Origin: Nanobdella aerobiophila
GTDB lineage: Archaea; Nanobdellota; Nanobdellia; Nanobdellales; Nanobdellaceae
Assembly (NCBI RefSeq): GCF_023169545.1
Contig: NZ_AP019769.1
Coordinates: 480,001-512,000, forward strand
Length of the DNA stretch: 32,000 bases
Direction of reading: 5' to 3'
Shown here: piece by piece, positions 7,911 through 16,264 of the stretch
How the letters are laid out: the number at the start of each line of letters is the position of its first letter
Numbering within the stretch: position 1 is the first letter of the stretch
Position numbers and translations under genes: made by a program
The notes under the pieces: model-generated
The model's database searches: none
Told to the model about the DNA's origin: nothing
What the model saw: the letters and a program-made list of their open reading frames with translations, nothing else

Positions 7911-9185
7911 ATGGATATTAAAGATTATTTTATAAATAAAAAGGAATATATAAAGAGATTAAAAATATATCCAAGAGAACTTAGTATAAATATAAATAAG
8001 GAATTTGTTTTTTCGATAATAGGTCCAAGAAGATCTGGTAAAACATATTTCCTATATGATTTGATATTAAATAAATTAAAATTAAGAGATGAAGATTACA
8101 TTTTTATAAATTTTGAAGAAGAGGGGTTAGATTTTGATAAGGATAGAATTTATAATATAATAAAAAGTCACATTGAAATATATGAAAAAGAACCAGAATA
8201 TTTATTTTTTGATGAAATACAAAATCTAAAAGATTGGGAAAAATTTATTTATACATTATATGAACAAAAGAAATATTATATATTTATTACAGGTTCTTCA
8301 TCAAAATTATTATCAAAGGAAATTGCAACGCAATTTAGAGGAAGGAGTATAAGTTATATTATATTACCATTTAATTTTAAAGAAATATTATATATAAAGG
8401 GATTTGAAATAAAAAAATATTATACAATTAGTGAAAAAGGAAAAATTTTAAATATATTAAATAAATATTTACAATCTGGTGGATATCCGCAATTAATTTT
8501 AACAGATATAGATGAACAGGAATTTTTTAAATCATTAATAGATTCTATATTTTATAGAGATATCATAGAAAGATACAAGATAAAACAACAATATTTATTA
8601 GAACTAATTATAAAAATACTATCTTCTTCATTTTCTTCTCAATATTCGATAAATAAAATATACAATAGTTTAAAGTCATCCGGATTAAAAGTATCTAAAA
8701 AAACAGTATATAACTATATAAGATATTTGGAAAATGTTTTTCTAATTTTTTCTTTGAGACATTTTGATTTTTCAATCAAGAAAATGGAATTAGCAAATAA
8801 AAAATTATATTTTATTGATAATGGGATAATAAATTATTTATTAAATAATAGAATACCAAATAATATAGGAAGACTAATGGAAAATACTGTTTTTATTGAA
8901 TTATATAAAAAATATAAAGAAAATGTTTATTATTTATATGGAAATAATTATGAAATAGACTTTTTAATTAAAGAAGGAAATAATATAAAACAATTAATAC
9001 AAGTATCATATATTAATAATTATGATGAAATAGATAAAAGAGAAATAAGATCATTATTAAAAGGATATAAATTATTTAATAAACCAGAATTATTAATAAT
9101 TACTTGGGATTATGAAGATACAAAAATTATAGACAATATTAATATTAAGTTTATACCTTTATATAAATGGTTATTAAATATATAA
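7911..9185 (+). CDS. AAA+ ATPase, COG1373-like, paralog 2
   Basis: 424 aa. GPRRSGKTY, LFFDEIQ, ITGSSSKLLSKEIATQFRGR, GGYPQ, RDIIERYKI, IDNGI, ENTVFIEL, and the constant tail from EIDFLIKEG to LLNI. Confidence 0.8.
   Translation: MDIKDYFINKKEYIKRLKIYPRELSININKEFVFSIIGPRRSGKTYFLYDLILNKLKLRDEDYIFINFEEEGLDFDKDRIYNIIKSHIEIYEKEPEYLFFDEIQNLKDWEKFIYTLYEQKKYYIFITGSSSKLLSKEIATQFRGRSISYIILPFNFKEILYIKGFEIKKYYTISEKGKILNILNKYLQSGGYPQLILTDIDEQEFFKSLIDSIFYRDIIERYKIKQQYLLELIIKILSSSFSSQYSINKIYNSLKSSGLKVSKKTVYNYIRYLENVFLIFSLRHFDFSIKKMELANKKLYFIDNGIINYLLNNRIPNNIGRLMENTVFIELYKKYKENVYYLYGNNYEIDFLIKEGNNIKQLIQVSYINNYDEIDKREIRSLLKGYKLFNKPELLIITWDYEDTKIIDNINIKFIPLYKWLLNI
8952..9185 (+). repeat. Constant 3' module, copy 2 (234 nt)
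   Basis: Same block. Identity with copy 5 extends upstream to about 8877 (atggaaaatactgtttttattgaattatataaaaaatataaagaaaat...). Confidence 0.9.
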
Positions 9186-9238
9186 TTTCTATTTGTTCAT
9201 AACATCCTTTTATTATATATTGTAATATTTTATTTATC

Positions 9239-9268
9239 AGTGCGAAAATTTAATAAAAAGTTCGCACT
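9239..9268 (+). promoter_or_regulatory. 8-bp inverted repeat bracketing the paralog-3 TATA-like box
   Basis: agtgcgaa (9239-9246) and ttcgcact (9261-9268) flank aatttaataaaaag. The box centre is about 26 nt upstream of the ATG at 9279. Confidence 0.5.
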
Positions 9269-9278
9269 AATAGATAAT

Positions 9279-10544
9279 ATGATTGCAGATATATTATTAA
9301 GTCAAAAATATTATATGGATAAAGTTATTAATAGTTCTAAATTCATCGAAAGAGAATTAAAATTAATAAATACAAAATTAGTAAAGGTAATAACTGGTAT
9401 TAGAAGATCTGGAAAATCTTTATTTATTTATAATTATTTAAAAGATAAAAAATTTGCATATGTAAATTTTGATGATGATAGAATATTAAAATATAGTGCA
9501 GAAGAAATATATAAAGGACTATTACAAGCATATAATTTATTTGATATAATTTTATTTGATGAAATACAAAATTTAGAAAATTGGGAAATATTTGTTAATA
9601 GATTATATAATCAAGATTATGATATCTATATTACAGGTTCAAATTCAAAATTATTATCAAAAGAATTATCTACACATTTAACTGGTAGGGCAATTTCTTT
9701 TACATTATTTCCTTTTTCTTTTAGAGAATTTCTTAAGGCAAAAGAATTTAAAATAAATACCTATGAAGATTATGAAAGAATAAAAGGATTATTAAGAGAA
9801 TATTTAGAATATGGAGGATTTCCAGAAATAGTTGTAAATAATGAAGATCCTCATATATATTTAAAGGAATTATATGATCGTATAATAAATGTTGACATAA
9901 TATATAGGTATAAAATAAAATATTCTAAGACATTTAAAGATATTTCATATTATCTATTATCAAATATTTCAAATAATATAACTTATAATTCAATAAAAAA
10001 GAATTTTAATTTAGGTAGTGATCATACTGCCTCAAAATATTTATATTATTTGGAAGAATCATTTTTATTCATATTTTTAAATAATTTTTCATTTAAATTA
10101 AAAGAAATAAATAAATCTCCTAAAAAAGTATATACAATTGATACAGGTTTTTATACATCATTAGGATATAAAGTATTACCAGATAATATTGGAAAACTAA
10201 TGGAGAATATTGTTGCAATTGAATTATTTAGAAGAAAAAGTTATTATAATAAAAATCTAGAAATATATTATTTTAAAGATTATCAACAACATGAAATAGA
10301 CTTTTTAATTAAAGAAGGAAATAATATAAAACAATTAATACAAGTATCATATATTAATAATTATGATGAAATAGATAAAAGAGAAATAAGATCATTATTA
10401 AAAGGATATAATTTATTTAATAAACCTGAATTATTAATAATTACTTGGGATTATGAAGATACAAAAATTATAGATAATATTAATATTAAATTTATACCTT
10501 TATATAAATGGTTATTAAATAATTCTTACATAAAAATTATATAA
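9279..10544 (+). CDS. AAA+ ATPase, COG1373-like, paralog 3
   Basis: The tracked ORF starts at GTG 9240, inside the inverted repeat. The ATG at 9279 (MIADILLSQ...) is preferred. GIRRSGKSL, ILFDEIQ, ITGSNSKLLSKELSTHLTGR, GGFPE, IDTGF, ENIVAIEL, constant tail. The C-terminus is extended (LLNNSYIKII) by a change at the usual stop. Confidence 0.75.
   Translation: MIADILLSQKYYMDKVINSSKFIERELKLINTKLVKVITGIRRSGKSLFIYNYLKDKKFAYVNFDDDRILKYSAEEIYKGLLQAYNLFDIILFDEIQNLENWEIFVNRLYNQDYDIYITGSNSKLLSKELSTHLTGRAISFTLFPFSFREFLKAKEFKINTYEDYERIKGLLREYLEYGGFPEIVVNNEDPHIYLKELYDRIINVDIIYRYKIKYSKTFKDISYYLLSNISNNITYNSIKKNFNLGSDHTASKYLYYLEESFLFIFLNNFSFKLKEINKSPKKVYTIDTGFYTSLGYKVLPDNIGKLMENIVAIELFRRKSYYNKNLEIYYFKDYQQHEIDFLIKEGNNIKQLIQVSYINNYDEIDKREIRSLLKGYNLFNKPELLIITWDYEDTKIIDNINIKFIPLYKWLLNNSYIKII
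10293..10526 (+). repeat. Constant 3' module, copy 3 (234 nt)
   Basis: Same block. Identity with copies 1 and 4 extends upstream to about 10258 (ctagaaatatattattttaaagattatcaacaacat). Confidence 0.9.
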
Positions 10545-10547
10545 TAC

Positions 10548-10579
10548 AATATACCAACTTTTATAAAAACTGGTATATT
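10548..10579 (+). promoter_or_regulatory. 9-bp inverted repeat bracketing the paralog-4 TATA-like box
   Basis: aatatacca (10548-10556) and tggtatatt (10571-10579) flank acttttataaaaac. The box centre is about 27 nt upstream of the ATG at 10590. Confidence 0.5.
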
Positions 10580-10589
10580 ATAATATACT

Positions 10590-11864
10590 ATGATTGATAA
10601 AGAGTTGGTGAAGAGATATATACTAGAATTCCAAAGTAAACCACCATCTAATATTAAAAAAAGAGAATTAAATATAACACCAATTAAAGGAAAAGCTATA
10701 AGTATAATAGGACCAAGAAGAGTTGGAAAAACATACTTCTTATTCTCATTAATTGATAATCCAGAAAGATATGTATATATAGATTTTGAAAATCCTATAT
10801 TTGCAAATTTCAAGCCTGAAGATATAATAAATATAGCTGATATCTTTAAAGAATTATATCCAGATAAAGAACCCATATTTCTTTTAGATGAAGTACAGGT
10901 AATAGAAGATTGGGAAAGAGTAGTTAGATATTTATTATCTAAGAATTATTATGTATATATTACAGGTTCTTCATCAAAATTATTATCAAAGGAAATTGCA
11001 ACACATTTAAGAGGTAGAACTATAACTTATAATATATTTAATTTAAGCTTTAGAGAATTCTTAAGATTTAAAGATATAAATTTTGAAGGTAAAGATTTTT
11101 ATCTAAATTATAATAAAATAAAATCTCTATTAAATGAATATATAAAATATGGAGGATATCCTGAAATAGTATTAAACGAAGATAAACTAAAACTATTACA
11201 AGATTATTTAACTACGGTAGTAAGTAGGGATATTATTGATAGATATATGATAAAAAATGAAAAAATTATAAATGAAATTTTATATTTTGCTATTAATAAT
11301 TATTCAAAATACATTTCATACAATTCTTTACACAAACTATTCAAACAATATGGCAAAAGTATTCATAAAATAACAATTATTAAATATTTATCATATTTCG
11401 AAGATTCTTTATTATTATTTTTACTAAAGAAATATTCTAAATCTATAAAAGAGATAATAGTATCACCTAAAAAAGTATATTTAATAGATACAGGATATGG
11501 AATATTTGGAAATAAAGATATCAGCAGGGATATGGAAAATATTATTTATTTAGAATTATTGAGAAAAACAAATATTAATCCATTATTAGAAATATATTAT
11601 TTCAAAGATTATCAACAACATGAAATAGACTTTTTAGTAAAAGAAGGAAATAATATAAAACAATTAATACAAGTATCATATATAAATAATTATGATGAAA
11701 TAGATAAAAGAGAAATAAGATCATTATTAAAAGGATATAATTTATTTAAAGAATATAATCCTGAATTATTAATAATTACTTGGGATTATGAAGATAATAA
11801 AATAATAGATAATATTAATATTAAGTTTATACCTTTATATAGGTGGTTATTAAATAATGATTAG
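10590..11864 (+). CDS. AAA+ ATPase, COG1373-like, paralog 4
   Basis: 424 aa. GPRRVGKTY, FLLDEVQ, ITGSSSKLLSKEIATHLRGR, GGYPE, RDIIDRYMI, IDTGY, ENIIYLEL, and the constant tail with the KEYNPELL variant. Confidence 0.8.
   Translation: MIDKELVKRYILEFQSKPPSNIKKRELNITPIKGKAISIIGPRRVGKTYFLFSLIDNPERYVYIDFENPIFANFKPEDIINIADIFKELYPDKEPIFLLDEVQVIEDWERVVRYLLSKNYYVYITGSSSKLLSKEIATHLRGRTITYNIFNLSFREFLRFKDINFEGKDFYLNYNKIKSLLNEYIKYGGYPEIVLNEDKLKLLQDYLTTVVSRDIIDRYMIKNEKIINEILYFAINNYSKYISYNSLHKLFKQYGKSIHKITIIKYLSYFEDSLLLFLLKKYSKSIKEIIVSPKKVYLIDTGYGIFGNKDISRDMENIIYLELLRKTNINPLLEIYYFKDYQQHEIDFLVKEGNNIKQLIQVSYINNYDEIDKREIRSLLKGYNLFKEYNPELLIITWDYEDNKIIDNINIKFIPLYRWLLNND
11622..11864 (+). repeat. Constant 3' module, copy 4 (243 nt)
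   Basis: Same block, with a 6-nt insertion (aaagaatataatcct versus aataaacca) shared with copy 5 and one extra codon before the stop. Confidence 0.9.
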
Positions 11865-12240
11865 TTTTTTAATAACTCTTATTTGTTATATTTTATAATA
11901 AAGATATTAAAAATTTTCTAAATCTATTATAATTGAGTATAAATGATTATTTTCCATTAAAAAATAAATTTTCTCCCGAGATCTCCATATTTTATGCTAT
12001 AAGTAAATGAATAGCATCTTCTAAATTTATTCTATGATATAAAAATCTATATTTTTATAGGCATTAATTAATAATACAGATATATTATAGAAATATAAAA
12101 TAAAAATGCTTAATATAAAAAATATTATAATATAAATAATTTAATATTTTATATTTAATAACTCTAAAGTTATTTAATTAAATTTTTATTGATTATATTT
12201 ATAATTATAATACTACTAAAAATATATATTATTATTGTAC

Positions 12241-12280
12241 AATATAGTGAACAAAATTTATATTTTTTGTACACTATAAT
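12241..12280 (+). promoter_or_regulatory. Imperfect 12-bp inverted repeat bracketing the paralog-5 TATA-like box
   Basis: aatatagtgaac (12241-12252) and gtacactataat (12269-12280) are complementary at 10 of 12 positions and flank aaaatttatatttttt. The box centre is about 27 nt upstream of the ATG at 12288. Confidence 0.45.
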
Positions 12281-12287
12281 ATATATA

Positions 12288-13526
12288 ATGAATATAAGTG
12301 AAGTATTGATAAGACAAAAGAATGAATTAAATTATATTTATTCACAAGAATTATTAGATAGAGAATATCATATTGATATAAATACAGATATTATAAAAGT
12401 AATAACTGGTATTAGAAGATCTGGTAAAAGTACTTTAGCATTATTATCATTAAAAGATAAAAATTTTGGATATGTAAATTTTGATGAAAGAGAATTAATT
12501 AATTTTAATTCAACAGATATAGAAAAAGGGATAAAAGAAATATATGGAGATACAAATATTTTATTTTTAGACGAGATACAAAATTATGATAAATGGGAAC
12601 TATGGGTAAATTCTTTATATAGAAGAGGATATAATATAACTATTACAGGATCTAATTCAAAATTATTATCAAAAGAATTATCTACACATTTAACTGGTAG
12701 ATATGTATCAATTGAGATTTTTCCATTTTCTTTTAAGGAAATATTAAATTATAAAAAAATTAATTTAAAAGATATAGAAATTGATAAAGAAAAAAAGGGA
12801 AAAATATTAAATATATTAAGAAATTATTTAGATACTGGAGGATTTCCTGAAGTAATTGTAAAAAATTTTGGAAAAGATTATATTAAAACATTATTTGATA
12901 GCATAATATATAAAGACGTTTTATATAGATATAAAATAAGAAATATTGAAAAATTACATGATTTAGCAAGATATTTAATATTTATATCATCTAATAGATT
13001 TACAATAAACAAATTATATAATATATTAAATTTTAATAGTAAAGTAACAGTAGAAAGATACATAGAATACTTAAAAGAAGCATACTTGATCTTTACACTA
13101 AGATATTTTTCATATAAAGAAAAAGAAAGAGTAAAATATCCTAAAAAAATATATATAATAGATAATGGATTTATAACAGCATTATCAGATAATTATTCAA
13201 TAAGTAGATTAATGGAAAATACTGTTTTTATTGAATTATATAAAAAATATAAAGAAAATTTTTATTATTTATATGGAAATAATTATGAAATAGACTTTTT
13301 AATTAAAGAAGGAAATAATATAAAACAATTAATACAAGTATCATATATTAATAATTATGATGAAATAGATAAAAGAGAAATAAGATCATTAATTAAAGGA
13401 TATAATTTATTTAAAGAATATAATCCTGAATTATTAATAATTACTTGGGATTATGAGGATACAAAAATTATAGATAATGTAAATATTAAATTTATACCTT
13501 TATATAAATGGTTATTAAATATATAA
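12288..13526 (+). CDS. AAA+ ATPase, COG1373-like, paralog 5
   Basis: The tracked ORF starts at TTG 12189 with a low-complexity I/L/Y leader. The ATG at 12288 (MNISEVLIRQ...) is preferred. GIRRSGKST, LFLDEIQ, ITGSNSKLLSKELSTHLTGR, GGFPE, IDNGF, ENTVFIEL, and the constant tail with the KEYNPELL variant. Confidence 0.75.
   Translation: MNISEVLIRQKNELNYIYSQELLDREYHIDINTDIIKVITGIRRSGKSTLALLSLKDKNFGYVNFDERELINFNSTDIEKGIKEIYGDTNILFLDEIQNYDKWELWVNSLYRRGYNITITGSNSKLLSKELSTHLTGRYVSIEIFPFSFKEILNYKKINLKDIEIDKEKKGKILNILRNYLDTGGFPEVIVKNFGKDYIKTLFDSIIYKDVLYRYKIRNIEKLHDLARYLIFISSNRFTINKLYNILNFNSKVTVERYIEYLKEAYLIFTLRYFSYKEKERVKYPKKIYIIDNGFITALSDNYSISRLMENTVFIELYKKYKENFYYLYGNNYEIDFLIKEGNNIKQLIQVSYINNYDEIDKREIRSLIKGYNLFKEYNPELLIITWDYEDTKIIDNVNIKFIPLYKWLLNI
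13287..13526 (+). repeat. Constant 3' module, copy 5 (240 nt)
   Basis: Same block, with the 6-nt insertion shared with copy 4. Confidence 0.9.
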
Positions 13527-13645
13527 AAATAATAAATTCCCAATAAATAAATTTTTTATTATTTTATATATAGAACAAATTACAATTGTTATTGTAAATG
13601 ATATCTATAATAGGACCTGAAAACATATTGTTTATATAAAAAACA

Positions 13646-13775
13646 AGATTTTATATTATTAAAATTCAATTATTATCAGAGAATTGAATATAGAATAAAT
13701 TATTTAAAAGATTTATTAGAACAATATGGAAATATATTTCTGTTTAAAGGCATTTTTGAAAAATATTAAATAGTT
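13646..13775 (+). pseudogene. Truncated duplicate of the 3' end of the PGI/PMI gene (direct repeat of 5954-6211)
   Basis: 13646-13734 is identical by eye to 5954-6042 (89 nt). 13735-13775 matches 6169-6211 with 2 substitutions and a 1-nt deletion, and about 126 nt in between are deleted. It ends with the same TAG+tt and directly abuts the stop codon of the convergent thioesterase gene. Confidence 0.85.
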
Positions 13776-14192
13776 CTAGAAAATCTTCCATATCCCATTC
13801 GCTTTTGCGAATATTTTTTCGCCATTATATAAATTCCCTTCCACAAATACAATTGAACTACCTTTTCTAATTATTCTTCCATTTATATAAAATTTATTGC
13901 CTTTTGCTTCTTCTAAAAAATCTATATTCAGATTTACTGTTACCTGATTAGCTTTATCATTAAATATTCTTACTAATAAACCAAGAAAAGCGTCGAATAA
14001 TAATTCTACAAAACCCCCAAACAAAAAGCCACCCTTCCTATAAAAATAATCTTTACCATCAAAAGATATTATTATTTCATTTTCTTTAAGTTCTTCTAAA
14101 TTAAATTCTAAACCTAATTTTTTTAATATTGGTATTTCTTCATATATTCTATTTATTTTAGTTCTAACTATACTAATATCCATATAATTCAT
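13776..14192 (-). CDS. PaaI-family hotdog-fold thioesterase
   Basis: 138 aa. The pattern GGFLFGGFVELLFDAFLG and the length are typical of the PaaI/YbgC-like 4HBT family. Confidence 0.65.
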   Translation of the reverse strand: MNYMDISIVRTKINRIYEEIPILKKLGLEFNLEELKENEIIISFDGKDYFYRKGGFLFGGFVELLFDAFLGLLVRIFNDKANQVTVNLNIDFLEEAKGNKFYINGRIIRKGSSIVFVEGNLYNGEKIFAKANGIWKIF

Positions 14193-14267
14193 CTAAATTC
14201 TATAAAATATATAAATCTAATGTTCATAGGTTTATAGAGGAATTTAAACTAGATTTTTAATAAAAAA

Positions 14268-15215
14268 TTATTCTACTAAATTCATTAACTTATCATATAA
14301 TTTCTTGGTATCTACTTCTCCTATTTTTCTTTTACTTAAATCAATGTTATAATATTTAATTGCATCATTAACAACACTATTTAAATCATTTACCAATCCT
14401 TTAATTCTTTCTGTAGCATTTTCTAGCGAATTTTTTAAGAATCTATCAAAATATATTGGTGCCAAACTCAAACCAATTAAATAACAAATATCTTTTGTCT
14501 TTATTTTTATATTTTCTAACAAATATTCTACTAAAAATTTATTATCATCAAAATTATTGAACATATTTTCTTTATTAAATATATATCTGTGACTAATTAA
14601 TATATTTTCTATTTCATCAATTCGAAATTCATTAATTAATAATAATACAATACTAGTCAATATACTAAAGAAATCTGTAATAGTTTCTCTATTGAAATAT
14701 CCATAATATTTTTCTAATTCATTTAATTTTCCATAATCAATATCTTTAAATCCAAATATTTTCCTAAAGAATAATTCATTTACTATTGGTAAATAATTTA
14801 TATCTAATAGATTTAAGTATTCTGATAAAAGATTATGGAACATTTCATGTATAAATACATGAATATATCTATTAATTAGATGGTAAACTTGTTCTTTTAT
14901 TCTTATAATATTATTGAAAAATGGATTTTTTGATATGTATATAACATATATCTTTAAATCATTATCTATATATCTCAAAGCTGATCCGCCTTCATAATAC
15001 ATTCCCTTAGATCTTCTATCATAATATATCTCCTTCAAATATTTTTTTATAAAAAAGGAATCGGTATTATTTATTATAAATATATATTCGTTATTTTCTA
15101 AATTTCTTGTAGCTGATCTTGTTATTTCTATGCTCTTTCTTATCAAAAATATTTCCTTTTCATCAAATGTATTTGAAACAAAAATATTTTTGTATATAGG
15201 AAAGAAGAGCTTCAT
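14268..15215 (-). CDS. Hypothetical protein with HExxH zinc-metallopeptidase motif
   Basis: The tracked ORF begins at TTG 15308. The ATG at 15213-15215 (MKLFFPIYKNIF...) is preferred. Contains HVFIHEMFHNLL (HEMFH). I recognise no other family signature. Confidence 0.45.
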   Translation of the reverse strand: MKLFFPIYKNIFVSNTFDEKEIFLIRKSIEITRSATRNLENNEYIFIINNTDSFFIKKYLKEIYYDRRSKGMYYEGGSALRYIDNDLKIYVIYISKNPFFNNIIRIKEQVYHLINRYIHVFIHEMFHNLLSEYLNLLDINYLPIVNELFFRKIFGFKDIDYGKLNELEKYYGYFNRETITDFFSILTSIVLLLINEFRIDEIENILISHRYIFNKENMFNNFDDNKFLVEYLLENIKIKTKDICYLIGLSLAPIYFDRFLKNSLENATERIKGLVNDLNSVVNDAIKYYNIDLSKRKIGEVDTKKLYDKLMNLVE

Positions 15216-15385
15216 AAAATAATAATTATCATAAAAAGTTAAAGATTTTTTAGAAAAATTGAAGTTAAATTTTAATTTATATCTTACAAATATATTATAT
15301 ATAAACAAAAGAGTGCTATCAAAAAATAATTTTTGTATATTTTGAAAAATTTACTAAATATAAAATTTATTTAAAATATTTTAAT

Positions 15386-16264
15386 ATGAGAATATTACTA
15401 AAATTTATATCATTACAAGATGCTAAATATGAAATAATTAATAATTATATTATTCAAGGTTTTATATATAATTTACTAAAAGATACTGAATTTGCATGGG
15501 TACATTCATATAAGGGATATAAATATTTTAATTTTTCAAATATATTTCCTGTAGAAGATCTAAAAATAGATAAAAAATATAATTTAATTATTTCTTCACC
15601 AAATAAAAAAATAATAAATGTAATGTATGAAAAATTAAAGGAAATAGATGAATTTAAACTAGGGATTTTAGATTTTAAAATAATTGAATTAAAAAAATTT
15701 GAATTAGAACTAAGATTTCCATGGGAAACTGCTACTCCAATTATATTAAAGAAAGGATATAATGGATATTTATCGGATGGTTTTAATTTATATAAAGTAT
15801 TCACAAAAGATAAAAATATATTTAAAGAATTCAAAAAAGAAAAAATAAGGATTAATAAAGATATTAAAGATATAAAAGTAAAAGATATAGATTATCTTGA
15901 TAAAAATAAATTTAGAATTATTAGAATAGATGATGTTTATTATAGCTTCGAAAAAGATTTAGATAATTTTTTTGATTGGTTAGAAGATTTAAAGAAAAAT
16001 TCTTTATTAAAATATAATTCTTATACAGGTTCTGAATTTACTTTTGATGAACCATTATTCGATGAATTTGAATATAGAAGAGAAATACCTGTAAAGGCAA
16101 GGGTAAAAAATAGAGGAGATGTTACATATATTGGAACTTTATGGAGAAAATTAAATGTTATAAGAAATTTAGATAGAGAAGAAAAAAGATTTTATAAATT
16201 TTTATTTGATACTGGTTTAGGATTACTTAATTCTATGGGATTTGGATTCATTAATTTGAAATAA
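15386..16264 (+). CDS. cas6: CRISPR-associated endoribonuclease Cas6
   Basis: 292 aa. The C-terminal glycine-rich loop GLGLLNSMGFGFINLK is typical of Cas6. It lies at the edge of the cas cluster. Confidence 0.75.
   Translation: MRILLKFISLQDAKYEIINNYIIQGFIYNLLKDTEFAWVHSYKGYKYFNFSNIFPVEDLKIDKKYNLIISSPNKKIINVMYEKLKEIDEFKLGILDFKIIELKKFELELRFPWETATPIILKKGYNGYLSDGFNLYKVFTKDKNIFKEFKKEKIRINKDIKDIKVKDIDYLDKNKFRIIRIDDVYYSFEKDLDNFFDWLEDLKKNSLLKYNSYTGSEFTFDEPLFDEFEYRREIPVKARVKNRGDVTYIGTLWRKLNVIRNLDREEKRFYKFLFDTGLGLLNSMGFGFINLK

Noticed and set aside
9240-9278. Non-ATG extended starts in the track: GTG 9240 (paralog 3), TTG 12189 (paralog 5), TTG 15308 (HExxH gene), TTG 20799 (cas3)
   Set aside because: The extensions add low-complexity or non-homologous residues and run through predicted promoter elements. 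Alignment with the sibling paralogs and the presence of downstream ATGs (9279, 12288, 15215, 20814) with TATA-like boxes ~25 nt upstream favour the shorter models.
6212-13645. Interpreting the ATPase block as a conventional transposon, IS or integrative element
   Set aside because: No transposase or integrase ORF, no terminal inverted repeats and no short target-site duplication were found. The only boundary signal is the long duplication of the PGI/PMI 3' end, so the insertion is reported without naming a mechanism.
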